Below are positions 51,986-61,684 of a stretch of DNA of 64,000 bases, piece by piece. Position numbers and translations under genes: made by a program. The notes under the pieces are model-generated. The model ran no database searches and was not told the origin of the DNA. It worked only from the letters and a program-made list of their open reading frames with translations. Within the stretch, counting starts at the first letter, position 1, and each line of letters begins with the position of its first letter. Source of the DNA: Candidatus Poribacteria bacterium (GTDB lineage: Bacteria; Poribacteria; WGA-4E; PCPOR2b); assembly GCA_965208675.1 (NCBI GenBank), contig OZ242351.1, positions 4,608,001 to 4,672,000 of the forward strand. Reading direction: 5' to 3'.

Positions 51986-52099
51986 ATAACTATTTTGACC
52001 AGATTTCATTCACTTTCTCATTACGCATTACTCATTACTCATGACTCATTAATTTTTAAGTTACTGTTGATTGACCCAGAGTAAAAGGAGGAACCTACA

Positions 52100-52900
52100 A
52101 TGAAATTTATCGGGTTACAAGTCGTCAGTCTTTGTCTCGCCGTTTTCCTGTTTTTAGTATTCATTGCATCCGGCTATGCAAACGTCGGAGCGATTCAAAT
52201 TGAGCTGTCGGGATACGTCACTAATGACGATGCGCGGCAGATTCGGCGATTGTTAAAGCCGTGGGCGGATCCGGAAAATGTGGTGTTTAAACCTGCGTAC
52301 GACAAAAAGCAACGTAAACGCTATTTCTCAACAGTGGTCGAAATTACACCGCGTTGGGGCAAGAACAGTTATAGCGAGAGTCACACTTTTGATATTTACA
52401 ATATCATGCGGCAACTGAACGACCAGCGTTTCCGAGGGAGCCAGATTGGGCCGCGTCCGAGGGTTGCCAAAACCGAAGCTACGGTGTCGGGAGATCTCAT
52501 CACCTATCATGGATGGTCACGCAGCCATATTCGAGAAGTCCCGAATTGGCGGCGTTGGCGTGAACACACATCAGAGATCGGTCATGCGTTGTATACGGAC
52601 CGTGCAAATGAGAAGGTTGTATTTAGCCGTAACGACAAGTTCGATGAGTTAAGGCGTGAAGTGAGTGAAGGCGTAGATGAAGGTAAACGCGATCCGGCTG
52701 TTGAGGTCGAGGGCAAGATTGTGGGATTCGACGGCCCCTACCCGGTGATGTCCATCCGCAAATTCCGTGTGGACTACAAGATCGAAATGCAATCCGGAGA
52801 CAAGGGAAGAAAACAGAAGGACGAGTCCTACGACTATTTGGAGAAATCCCTACCGGAATCGGGTGAAACCACCCAAGATGAATCGGAAAACGGTAAATAA
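52100..52900 (+). CDS. Secreted hypothetical protein
   Basis: AAGGAGG SD, signal peptide, 266 aa; no family recognised. Confidence 0.8.
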   Translation: MKFIGLQVVSLCLAVFLFLVFIASGYANVGAIQIELSGYVTNDDARQIRRLLKPWADPENVVFKPAYDKKQRKRYFSTVVEITPRWGKNSYSESHTFDIYNIMRQLNDQRFRGSQIGPRPRVAKTEATVSGDLITYHGWSRSHIREVPNWRRWREHTSEIGHALYTDRANEKVVFSRNDKFDELRREVSEGVDEGKRDPAVEVEGKIVGFDGPYPVMSIRKFRVDYKIEMQSGDKGRKQKDESYDYLEKSLPESGETTQDESENGK

Positions 52901-52909
52901 CAAGTTCTT

Positions 52910-53493
52910 GTAGGATCAACTGAGCGAATAGCGAAGGCGATAGTCTTTTCTTGCATTCCCTGAACCCCAACTCTTCTCGGCGTCAGTCTTCTTCGTAACT
53001 CATCGCCGTTTTGACCTTCCGCCTAACGAATGACTTGTGAACCCAATATAACGCCATGGTTTTCAGAGAGCAAGTTGTCCACAAGTTCTTGTAGATTGGG
53101 TTAAGATCAACCGACCGAATAGGATCAACTGAGCGGATAGCGAATGATCAAGCGACTGAATACTGAATAAGGAGTGCGATAGTCTTAAATAGTCTTCACC
53201 AGTTTTTGTAGGTTGGGTTAAGCGACAAATCCCAAAAACGACACGGTGCTTGTGCCTCGTTCCAATAACATTACGATGACTATGAAATAACCCGTGAAGC
53301 GTAACCCAACGCTTTTGATACTTCCGGATATCCAAACCCGTCCCGTCCGAAACACTCCGCAACATATTCCGTAAAACCAATTGAACTTTTGTAGGGTAGG
53401 TTTAGTGACTAATCCCAAAAACGTCACTCCGCCCGAACGTCGTCCAATTTCCCTTGAAATGACCTTGGAAAAACTCTCCGATCGTAACCCTCC
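52910..53493 (+). repeat. Composite repeat cluster: GATCAA elements (52914; triple-nested 53105/53123/53146) and two 103-bp long REPs (53208-53310, 53391-53493)
   Basis: Same motifs as the 51397 cluster. Confidence 0.85.
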
Positions 53494-53680
53494 TCTTTTT
53501 ATAGCCTCCGACATCCACAGTCGTCCAGCTCGAATCTTCAAGAATTGCGATGAAAAATGAACCGTTGACAGTCGAATTGAGATCTGGTAATTTAAAATGT
53601 ACCACATCTATCGAACTTGTCAAGGTCGCCAACCAAGGCAACCTGCGTGACATAATTTCGCCCTTAAATTTCATTAATCG

Positions 53681-53706
53681 CTGTCCAAAGCGTGGGGGTA
53701 AGTTCA
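53681..53706 (+). mobile_element. Isolated IS3-type terminal inverted repeat
   Basis: ctgtccaaagcgtgggggtaagttCA; similar to 63685-63710 and to the IS3 end at 63736-63760; abuts the truncated transposase. Confidence 0.6.
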
Positions 53707-54283
53707 TTCCACTGGCTAGTGGTCAAATGGCTTATCTGGCACTATTGTTTGATGTTTTTACTCGAACCATAAGAGGCTGGGAGTTATCGAGAAACATGTC
53801 AGTTAACCTGCTGTCTGGAGCACTGAGAAAAGCATTAGCAAGACAGCATCGTCCGCAAATCCATCATTCAGACCGAGGTGGACAATACATTGCTGAGAAG
53901 TATTGCCAGCAATTGAGAGCGATAGCGTGCCGCATTTCCATGACGGACCGTGGCAAACCGTGGCAGAATCCATACGTAGAGAGTACGATTGGCAGAATCA
54001 AAGACGAATATATCGTTGACTCCGAGTATCAGAATTTCCACGACGCATACAACCAACTTAGTCCAGTATTGGATGTCGTGTATAATCAGAAAAGGCCTCA
54101 TTCAGCGCTAGGCTATCGGACACCTGCTGAATTCGAGGCAGCGTATAATGCGCACTAGAACACAAATCTGTATTTCATCTTGAATTAACAACGCAGCACT
54201 AACACAGTTATAGGTAAGTCCAAAACTTCAAAATACCTTCTTAACATCAACAATTTCGTGTCCAAACAATTGGGGTCACTGCC
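53707..54283 (+). pseudogene. 5'-truncated IS3-family transposase (rve core, stop 54158) with right end
   Basis: YLALLFDVFTRTIRGW, HHSDRGGQY, QNPYVES, YNQKRPHSALGYRTP; the first catalytic Asp region is missing; end-like gtgtccaaacaattggggtcactgc from 54258. Confidence 0.87.
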
Positions 54284-54300
54284 TTTTTCCACCTTTCAAA

Positions 54301-54579
54301 ATGAGCCCAAATGATGCCAATACGAATAAGATGATACATCAATTAGATCATATGAGGAATTTACGTGTTCGTAGCTACTATGGAAATTGGTCTATACTTT
54401 CAGTTTTTGACCGGATTATTCCAATAGCGGTTTGTACTGAAAAGCACACTAGTCTTCCCCAGGATGCTAATGTAATTTCAATCAGTCAATCACCAAACTA
54501 TGTTAAACCAGAACTTGAATCATGGTTCATTGCATGTCGAGAAGAGTTGGTACATAAATTTAGATTTTCGAAAAATTAG
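54301..54579 (+). other. Possible C-terminal remnant of a gene cut by the IS3 end
   Basis: AT-rich frame, open back to the IS end, stops just before the S9 peptidase; no family recognised. Confidence 0.35.
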
Positions 54580-54603
54580 ATGAAGTTGTTTAGGAGCATT
54601 CTA

Positions 54604-56799
54604 ATGAAGCAGGCTTTTGGCGTAGAGCATTTGATAAACCTCCAACGCACAACCAATTATGTACCGATGAATCTATCGCCAGACGGACGTTTACTAGCTG
54701 TGAGCGTACAGGGGATTCGTCGAAAAGCGGTAAATAAACGGGAAGACGGCTATGGAGTAGATGGTGTTCCCCAAGAAATGGACGGGAGCCGTATTTTCAT
54801 CGTAGATACCATTACTGGAAAAACTCAAGAACCATTTCCGGCTGGAAGCGTTAGTTGGGGCGGACAGTGGTCACCTGATGGAAGCCGTTTAGCGGCATAC
54901 GTTCGACACAACGGATTAGTCTGTTTAGGAGTTTGGTCTCCGGAGACCGATACTTTCCAGTTGTTTCAGCAAGCATTGATACGTACCCACTACGGATTTG
55001 AAATCCCTAGGTGGACCCCGGATAGCAGAAAGGTTATCGCGAAATTATGGCCTGCCAGTGGCGCGTTCAAACCGCCCGCACCAGACCAAGCAGCGCCTCC
55101 CAATCACCCTCTTCCCGTCAGCGTCTTCTCGTTTGATCCCACTCACGAGGTTGATACTCGCCCGACAGGTGCTTGGCTATATGATAGCACATGCTGCGAT
55201 CTTGGATGTATAGATGTAGTCACAGGTGAGGTAACAAGATTGGTCTGTGATTGGCCTGTGTGGAACTGGCGGGTTGCGCCCGATGGTAAAACAGTCGCCG
55301 CAATCAAGTTGGCAGAATATGATTCGCAATGCTACCGGATGACCTACGATTTGGTCGTTGTTCCACTAGACGGAACACCTCCGCGGACAATTGCTAGCAA
55401 GATATATCACGGCGGGGGTGGATTTAATTGGTCTCCTGACAGTCAGCTAATTGCCTTTACAATTGACGATGGGGACGACGACGGATCCCCCAAACAACTC
55501 TTTATTGTACCCGCAGATGGGTCTGAGAGTCCCAGAGCTCTAATAGACGAGATGACGATTAAGATGGATGATTATCTTGGACCGCACTGGAGTGAAAATA
55601 GTACTTCCATATTTTGTTTAACGCGAGATCAGGTATGGATATTCAATGCTGATGGGAGCAATACACGTCAAATGAAAGTCGTTCTTCCTGGGTGGCGCGT
55701 AGTATTCTGGATACACCCGCCGATGAGTCCACTATTGTGCACATCGCCGGACAGAGCACTATTCGCTGTTGTTCGAAATGACGTCTGGGACGAAGCCGTG
55801 GCTCGCGTTTCTCTTGAAAGTGGCGAAGGGACAATCCTGACAGAATTTGCCAAGTCGTGTTGGGATCCATTTCAGACCGAAGTTGCCCCAGATTTTTCGG
55901 CATGTTATGTTGCGGCTGAGGCGGCTGAACACCCCGCAGAAATTTGGCGCATCCCTCTTGATACGCACGTTCCAAACCGTCTCGTTTCACTCAATTCGGA
56001 TTTAGACGGCGTTTCGTTAGGTAAACCTCGCTTGATTGAGTGGCGGGCATTGGACAAAAAAATACACCGCGGTGCGTTGCTCTTGCCTCCGAACTATTGC
56101 GAAGGCGAACGTATTCCGGTGATTGTTCATGTATATCCCGGAAATTTCTCGAACTGTATTCACGACTTTGGCTTTGGTGGAGGCCACTACGATAATGCAC
56201 AATTGCTAGCGAGTCAAGGCTACGCTGTGCTGTGGCCAAATCTCCCGATTGACAGACGTAACATGCAGCAAATACCCAAATTCGTCTTACCCGCCGTAAA
56301 TCGGTTGATTGATTTAGGTATTGCCGATCCTGATCGAATTGGGCTGATGGGGCATAGCGACGGTGGGTATTGTGTGCTAGCACTTCTGGCGCAAACTGAT
56401 TGTTTTCGAGCGGCTGTCTGTTCTGCAGGTGTGGTCAATATTACGAGCGATTACGGTACATTGACTGACAAGGGTGATAGTTCCCATGGCTATGAACTTG
56501 GAAGCGAAATGGGCGGGACGTTATGGGAAAAACGGGATGCTTACATAGAGAATTCACCCTTGTTTTACTTCAACCGATCTAAAACACCGCTACTATTAGT
56601 TCAGGGGACAGAAGATATAGGGGGGACAGATCAATCCAAAGAGGCATTCGGTGCGTTGCGTCGCCTCGGGAACCCGGTAGAGTTGCGGTTATACCATGGC
56701 GAAGAACATTGGCCAGGTGCATGGTCTGAACATAATTTTCGGGACGTATGTCATCGCGTCCTGACCTGGTTTAACAAATATCTTGGAGAATCCCAGTGA
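54604..56799 (+). CDS. S9-family peptidase (beta-propeller + alpha/beta hydrolase)
   Basis: WSPDG/WTPDS propeller repeats, GHSDGG nucleophile, QGTED, GEEH; AGGAG SD before ATG 54604. Confidence 0.9.
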   Translation: MKQAFGVEHLINLQRTTNYVPMNLSPDGRLLAVSVQGIRRKAVNKREDGYGVDGVPQEMDGSRIFIVDTITGKTQEPFPAGSVSWGGQWSPDGSRLAAYVRHNGLVCLGVWSPETDTFQLFQQALIRTHYGFEIPRWTPDSRKVIAKLWPASGAFKPPAPDQAAPPNHPLPVSVFSFDPTHEVDTRPTGAWLYDSTCCDLGCIDVVTGEVTRLVCDWPVWNWRVAPDGKTVAAIKLAEYDSQCYRMTYDLVVVPLDGTPPRTIASKIYHGGGGFNWSPDSQLIAFTIDDGDDDGSPKQLFIVPADGSESPRALIDEMTIKMDDYLGPHWSENSTSIFCLTRDQVWIFNADGSNTRQMKVVLPGWRVVFWIHPPMSPLLCTSPDRALFAVVRNDVWDEAVARVSLESGEGTILTEFAKSCWDPFQTEVAPDFSACYVAAEAAEHPAEIWRIPLDTHVPNRLVSLNSDLDGVSLGKPRLIEWRALDKKIHRGALLLPPNYCEGERIPVIVHVYPGNFSNCIHDFGFGGGHYDNAQLLASQGYAVLWPNLPIDRRNMQQIPKFVLPAVNRLIDLGIADPDRIGLMGHSDGGYCVLALLAQTDCFRAAVCSAGVVNITSDYGTLTDKGDSSHGYELGSEMGGTLWEKRDAYIENSPLFYFNRSKTPLLLVQGTEDIGGTDQSKEAFGALRRLGNPVELRLYHGEEHWPGAWSEHNFRDVCHRVLTWFNKYLGESQ

Positions 56800-56872
56800 A
56801 GAACCTGTAGAAGCAATCATACTCTGAATTGATTCAATTAACTGTAGGCTGAGTGTTCAGGGCAATCGTAAA

Positions 56873-57282
56873 ATGATGCTACATACACTTGAAGCCAAAT
56901 TCGTCTTTACCGCAGGCAAAGTTCATTTGTCTGCAAACGATGTAGAATTCCTACCAATCGCTCTTACACAAAGTAGGATAAAATGGGAAGAAATAATGAC
57001 GAAGGCTTACTATCACGATTGCATGCCTATGCTATACTGGTGCCTGAAAGGAATACATAATGTTCGTTTTCCTAAACGTGTACTAACTGAACTAAAAAAA
57101 TCTTACTTATACGCATTTCTTAGAAATTCTCACTGCCTTAAACAAGTAGCGGACTTAAACAAGTAGCGGAAATGTTAAGAGTCTTTATGAAGAATCGGAT
57201 TCAGGTGCTTCTGTTAAATGGAATTGTGTTAGCCCAGTCGGTTTATCCAAATATAGCTCTGCGGACATTTCGGGATTTTGAA
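56873..57282 (+). pseudogene. Nucleotidyltransferase (NTP_transf_5-like), frameshifted and truncated
   Basis: IKWEEIM..AYYH.CMPMLY...P..VL.ELK..Y....RN; removing one copy of the 17-bp tandem duplication at 57137-57170 restores IQVLLLNGIVLAQSVYPNIALRTFRDFE. Confidence 0.7.
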
Positions 57283-57461
57283 TCCTCTCTGCCAAGTTAT
57301 CAGTTTGTCCTATATATAAGCGTATGTAACTTCTGTTGTCTTGCTTTGTGAAAGATATAAACCGCCCCGGCCGTTATGAACTCCGTGTCCGATTCATAAG
57401 CGGTAAAGTTGTTATTTTTTCCAGAAGCTCCTGTGAATGTTACTGTCTCAATTAGTACCAT
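57277..57461 (-). pseudogene. Small GIY-YIG-like protein, frameshifted and truncated
   Basis: MVLIETVTFTGASGK...GAVYIF, then with one base removed near 57352, TKQDNRSYIRLYIGQTDNLAERIQN. Confidence 0.65.
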
Positions 57462-57666
57462 ACCAAAATTTCCATTACCACGCCTTTTAACCTCCTTTGG
57501 AGGTAGGAGGGCGGCAGAAAAGACGTGCGGCAAAGCTCACAGCGCCACCCAGAACTGGGCAAAAACAGCATATCATGCTGAATCGTAGTTTTCAAGTTTC
57601 TCTATAATGTATCGTCCTTTTGTCAGGTGCAGGTACCACGACCTTGAAGGTACCACGAAAGTTCTT

Positions 57667-57926
57667 GTAGTTTGAGTTGAGCGATCAACTGCCTGAATAG
57701 GGAAGGATCAAGCGACTGAACAAGGAGTGCGATAGTTCTTCTTTAGTCTTCTGCGTAACCCAACGCTTTTCGAATAATTCACACGCATACTAAAGTCGTG
57801 ACTCATCGATAAAACCAAAAAGCGTTGGGTTACGCTCTGCATTTTTCTTCAACTTCATCGCTGCGGATTTTGGACGAAATACGAGCTCCGTGACGTTTTT
57901 GCGATTTGTCGCTCAACCCAACCTAC
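57667..57926. repeat. Inverted REP pair (REPIN-like): element-filled REP (+, 57667-57764) and 103-bp long REP (-, 57824-57926)
   Basis: gtag...gcgtaacccaacgctttt / aaaagcgttgggttacgc...ctac; nested GATCAA elements at 57683 and 57706. Confidence 0.88.
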
Positions 57927-58002
57927 AAACACTAGATTCCGCAATCCGGTAGGATTCGGTTGGGCGAATTGGAATGATAACGCTGCCGACAAGTCAGTTT
58001 TT

Positions 58003-58040
58003 AAAGGGAGCGGCACCGCACGGTGTCTCTCCCTTTTTTT
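58003..58040 (+). terminator. Intrinsic terminator with no adjacent upstream CDS
   Basis: AAAGGGAG-CGG-CACCG-CA-CGGTG-TCT-CTCCC-TTTTTTT. Confidence 0.7.
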
Positions 58041-58633
58041 ATGGGGGTAAAATCAGGAAGACAATGGAAAATGGGCGATTTACCGGTGAGCCGAGGTTGG
58101 TGGTTACCTTTTATAGAATTGCACCGGCCCGCTTGTGGTGCGGGTTCATTGAAATCGTGAGGTAACCAGAAGGTAACCAAGAAAAAAGATCTGTAAGTCT
58201 TTTGAGCGGATTGTTATGCTAATAATTCAGCATAGTTAATAGGGGAGATTTACGGCTTCCACAGGCAGTGAATCGGAAAGAATGTTATCGCAATCGAGAG
58301 GCGAAATGGGCGGGAATTTAGTCAGGAACTGATAAGGTGTCGATGTGAACGCAAAAATGTAAAAGGGCGTTGCGAAAATTCATCCTTGCTTGAAGGGCGG
58401 AGGATTGCCCTAAAAATTTTTGGCAACGAGAGATTTTCATCCTCGCGGCAGGTGGGTTGATTTTAACGGCAGAACAATGCGCAATCAAGCGAGCGAATAG
58501 TCAGGGCGATTGTCTTGCCAAGTGAAATTCTCGCGCCCTTGAGAAAGCTCACAATTGCCCGCAAGTCCGCAAATTCGCATAGCGTACGAGGTTGCTACCC
58601 TCATTCTTGACGTAACCATGCTGTGAAGCACTC

Positions 58634-59100
58634 GTGGGAAGGGCTTCCTAGCCCTGATTATCGGGACAGAGATGTCCCTCCCACAGTTTTTGTAGGTTGG
58701 GTTGAGCGATCAACTGACTGAATAGGGAAGGATCAACCGATCGAACAGGGAGGGCGATAGTCTTCACAAGTCTTCTGCGTAACCCAACGCTTTTAAAACC
58801 TCCGAAAAACCAAAAAATGTTACAATTTTATAAGAAACTGGTTTGCCTGAATTAGCGATTGTGGCGTACTGTAAACCCATACGTGGTGCGGGTTTTACGG
58901 CATAATTCTGTGAATCATCCCACCAAAAAACGAACTTTATGGATTTTATAACGAATTTCCCTCGGCTACGCTTCAATTATTCGCGCTGCTTTTGTAGGTT
59001 GGGTTTCGCTCCGTCATGGCGGTGTCGAATCCGCCTTCACTCACGAGAGCAGCGAGACCGATTTTGAAATTTGCTCAAAATACCGCTCTACCTAAACTAC
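58634..59100. repeat. Repeat cluster: GTGGGA palindrome pair, element-filled REP (58692-58788; elements 58708, 58731) and 103-bp long REP (-, 58998-59100)
   Basis: Motif comparison with the other clusters. Confidence 0.83.
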
Positions 59101-59151
59101 GATACGCTTTGAGGTGATTGCGGTTGCGGCAAGGGTGAATCGTCCGCACAT
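59092..59151 (-). pseudogene. N-terminal stub of an SOS response-associated peptidase (SRAP/YedK)
   Basis: GGAAGGAG SD then MCGRFTLAA, the signature SRAP N-terminus; frame ends after 19 aa inside the long REP. Confidence 0.65.
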
Positions 59152-59341
59152 CGTATATCTCCTTCCTTCAATGAGACCGAACTCAATGTAATCTGAATTA
59201 CTTCCAAAACTAGGTGCCGGCGGCGCCATTTGTCCAGTCTTAGAGCCATAATTCGAGGCTCGTTGCGTCAGTGCACGTACTCGCGCCTAAATTCTGCGTG
59301 GTCAAAAGACTATGAAGATATTATCGCATCCAGATAACGCA

Positions 59342-59371
59342 TTGACAATTTCGTTGAGAATCGTGTATAAA
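59342..59371 (+). promoter_or_regulatory. Sigma70-type promoter
   Basis: TTGACA-18 bp-TATAAA upstream of the 59459 ORF. Confidence 0.55.
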
Positions 59372-59458
59372 TACCTTGTATTAGCTATATGCTAGTTTCA
59401 AGGTAGGTTATGTAGAATAACATGCGGCTAAATCCGCACACATTGGAAGGAACCCTTA

Positions 59459-59821
59459 ATGAGCAAAAATCCGCAAACCCGCCTTCAGGTGAGTATGCTC
59501 CAAGAGATTGAGTCGAATTTTGACCATCCTCACGCGGTCGATACCTTTGTAGCGACGATTGACAGAATTGGAATTGAAGTTGTGCGAGATCTTGAAATCA
59601 ATGTAGTCGATGCGCCGTATGTGAAAGATGTTTTGCCACTTATACAGACGCGCGCGGAATTGGAGGACATTGAAGAACGATACCGAAAGTATTACAAACC
59701 CCACGAAGATGGCACGTATTGGATACACACAAACACAAGAACTGAAAAGAAATGCGAGCTTTTAGAGGAGATAGCCCGTCAAGCAGGAATTGAAATTTGG
59801 GTAAAGATAGTCCCAAAGTAA
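59459..59821 (+). CDS. Hypothetical protein, 120 aa
   Basis: Own promoter and GGAAGGA SD-like sequence; pattern DTFV..I..IG.E.V..L...YWIHTN..T..K..LLEEIA...G. Confidence 0.75.
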   Translation: MSKNPQTRLQVSMLQEIESNFDHPHAVDTFVATIDRIGIEVVRDLEINVVDAPYVKDVLPLIQTRAELEDIEERYRKYYKPHEDGTYWIHTNTRTEKKCELLEEIARQAGIEIWVKIVPK

Positions 59822-59963
59822 TGGTTCCGATGCAGTATGGTACCATTGTCTTTTCTGCAAGTTTAACCTATAACCAACTCCGCAATTGATTGCCCTTAGG
59901 GTACTGATTAGATTGCCACCGCACTGCAGATTCCATACACATAAACAAATGGGGTCAGTTTTT

Positions 59964-60367
59964 GTAGGTTGGGTTAATCGGGTGATGCCATCACCGTTAC
60001 GCCCCCATGTATCGCCCCAATACATTTGGCATGACGATACAATATAGACAGAGTGTAACTCAACGATCAACTGCCCAATCAAGGTCTAAGAGTAGACGGG
60101 ACATCTTGCCCCGCATTGTGAAGAAGCGTCAGATTACACCGCCTTATCGCACAATCACGTAAGCAGCTCTTGTAGGTTGGGTAGAGCGATTAATTGAGCG
60201 ATGATCGAAGGTGATAGTCTTCCGCGAAACCCAACGCTTTTTAGGCGTTCCGGACCTTTCAAAACCGTTGGGTTTCGCTCCATGTATTCTGCTGAGGCGA
60301 TTGCAGGGCATTCGGAGTGGTTATCTTCGCAAGAACGACTTTGGAATTGTCGCTCTACCCAACCTAC
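59964..60367. repeat. Repeat cluster: 101-bp long REP (59964-60064), degenerate element (60065), GTAGACGGG palindrome, inverted REP pair 60172-60235 (element 60188-60222) / 60267-60367
   Basis: Motif comparison with the other clusters. Confidence 0.83.
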
Positions 60368-60787
60368 GGATATTCAGAATCGGAACATTTGGGACCATGG
60401 CGAGATCCCTTTTTGATACTCATCAAGCAGATTAACCAGTCCAAGCGGGGTCTGCGAGGAGGGGGTAAAGGTGTGCGTGAGTACCGCCTCACCGAATCGA
60501 ACCTTGCAGTTACCCAAAACTAGACGGTCGAACAAAATTCATTTCCCACTAGAAATTCGTTGTTATTGTCGCTATAATATCATACTGGTACATGATTTGA
60601 ATTTTGCCGAATAACAAAGATTTTGAACCTTGAATCTTTTCCGTATTGCCTCAATCCGTGTGCCAGAATTTCCGAATTCAAAGTGTTCGTACTCACATTA
60701 GAAGCGCCGGGCGTAAGCGAAATAATTCCGGTTAAGTTTTACGGTTTCAACTGCAAGACATCGTTCGTTGGATAGAAGAAGTAAAGT

Positions 60788-61684
60788 ATGGCAGAAAAGA
60801 AAGGCGCACGTGTTAGATCCTTGAGCAGTTTTATGAATTGGGCATTACAATTCACGGATGGACAATATCTTTTTCGAGGCGTCTCAAACGATACTTACAA
60901 AATAGAAGCATCTGCATACCGACGATTGCCAAAAGAAGACAGACGAGACCCGGTGAAACTCCTCAAGATTACTCAAGAGTTAATAGACAGCGCGAGGTCT
61001 TTAGGACATGATCAAAACGAAGGCCAACCCCGTTCAGAACTAGAGTTACTCGCCCACCTTCAGCACTACGGTGCGGCTACTTGCCTAATAGACTTCACGC
61101 GCGATGTAATGGTCGCACTCTGGATGGCATGTCAACAGAGCACAACAGAAAAAGACAAAAAAATGAAAAAGGCTAAAGGTAAAGTGTTTGCGGTGCGAAG
61201 CGACAATCTTTCCCAGTTCAGAGTTGTTACTGACGAACAACAACGTTGTGCGAAAATTAGGGATTTTTTTGAGCAAGAAAACAAAAGGTATCCGCTGTAT
61301 CAATGGCAACCCAATTACCAGAATAATCGCATTATAGCTCAGGAGTCTGGCTTTATATTTGGTGGTGCAGATGTTCCGGTAGAAGCAGAGTGCACCATTT
61401 TTCCAAGTTCTAAGCAAAAACTTTTAACAGATCTATATCGAATATCGGGAATCTACGAGGCAAGCATTTATCCTGACTTTGACGGTTTTGTCAGCCAACA
61501 TGCTTGGAATAAGCCGTATCGCGCGCCGGATGCATTAAACAAATTGCAAGAAGGAATGCGAACGGTCCAAGGAGAAAAACAGGATGAGAGTACCCCGTCC
61601 CCTGATGTAGGTGCGTTGGGTAAGCCCCTGACAGCTGAATCTACCTCGGTCGAAAGTTCGAAGCCAGGAGGAGACAAAAAATGA
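60788..61684 (+). CDS. FRG domain-containing protein
   Basis: YLFRGVS, LAHLQHYGAATCLIDFT, ALWMAC, NNRIIAQESGF, SIYPDFDG. Confidence 0.9.
   Translation: MAEKKGARVRSLSSFMNWALQFTDGQYLFRGVSNDTYKIEASAYRRLPKEDRRDPVKLLKITQELIDSARSLGHDQNEGQPRSELELLAHLQHYGAATCLIDFTRDVMVALWMACQQSTTEKDKKMKKAKGKVFAVRSDNLSQFRVVTDEQQRCAKIRDFFEQENKRYPLYQWQPNYQNNRIIAQESGFIFGGADVPVEAECTIFPSSKQKLLTDLYRISGIYEASIYPDFDGFVSQHAWNKPYRAPDALNKLQEGMRTVQGEKQDESTPSPDVGALGKPLTAESTSVESSKPGGDKK

Noticed and set aside
51397-53200. CRISPR array interpretation of the GATCAA repeats (35 bp, one 100-bp period)
   Set aside because: Copies are nested and dispersed, have no unique regular spacers, and no cas genes are present.
53550-53706. N-terminal 52 aa of the 202-aa ORF as part of the transposase
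   Set aside because: No transposase motifs; it reads through a different IS end, so the ORF is a chance fusion.
58003-58040. tracrRNA-like 3' hairpin (GGCACCG..CGGTG)
   Set aside because: Only superficial similarity; no anti-repeat, array or cas9.
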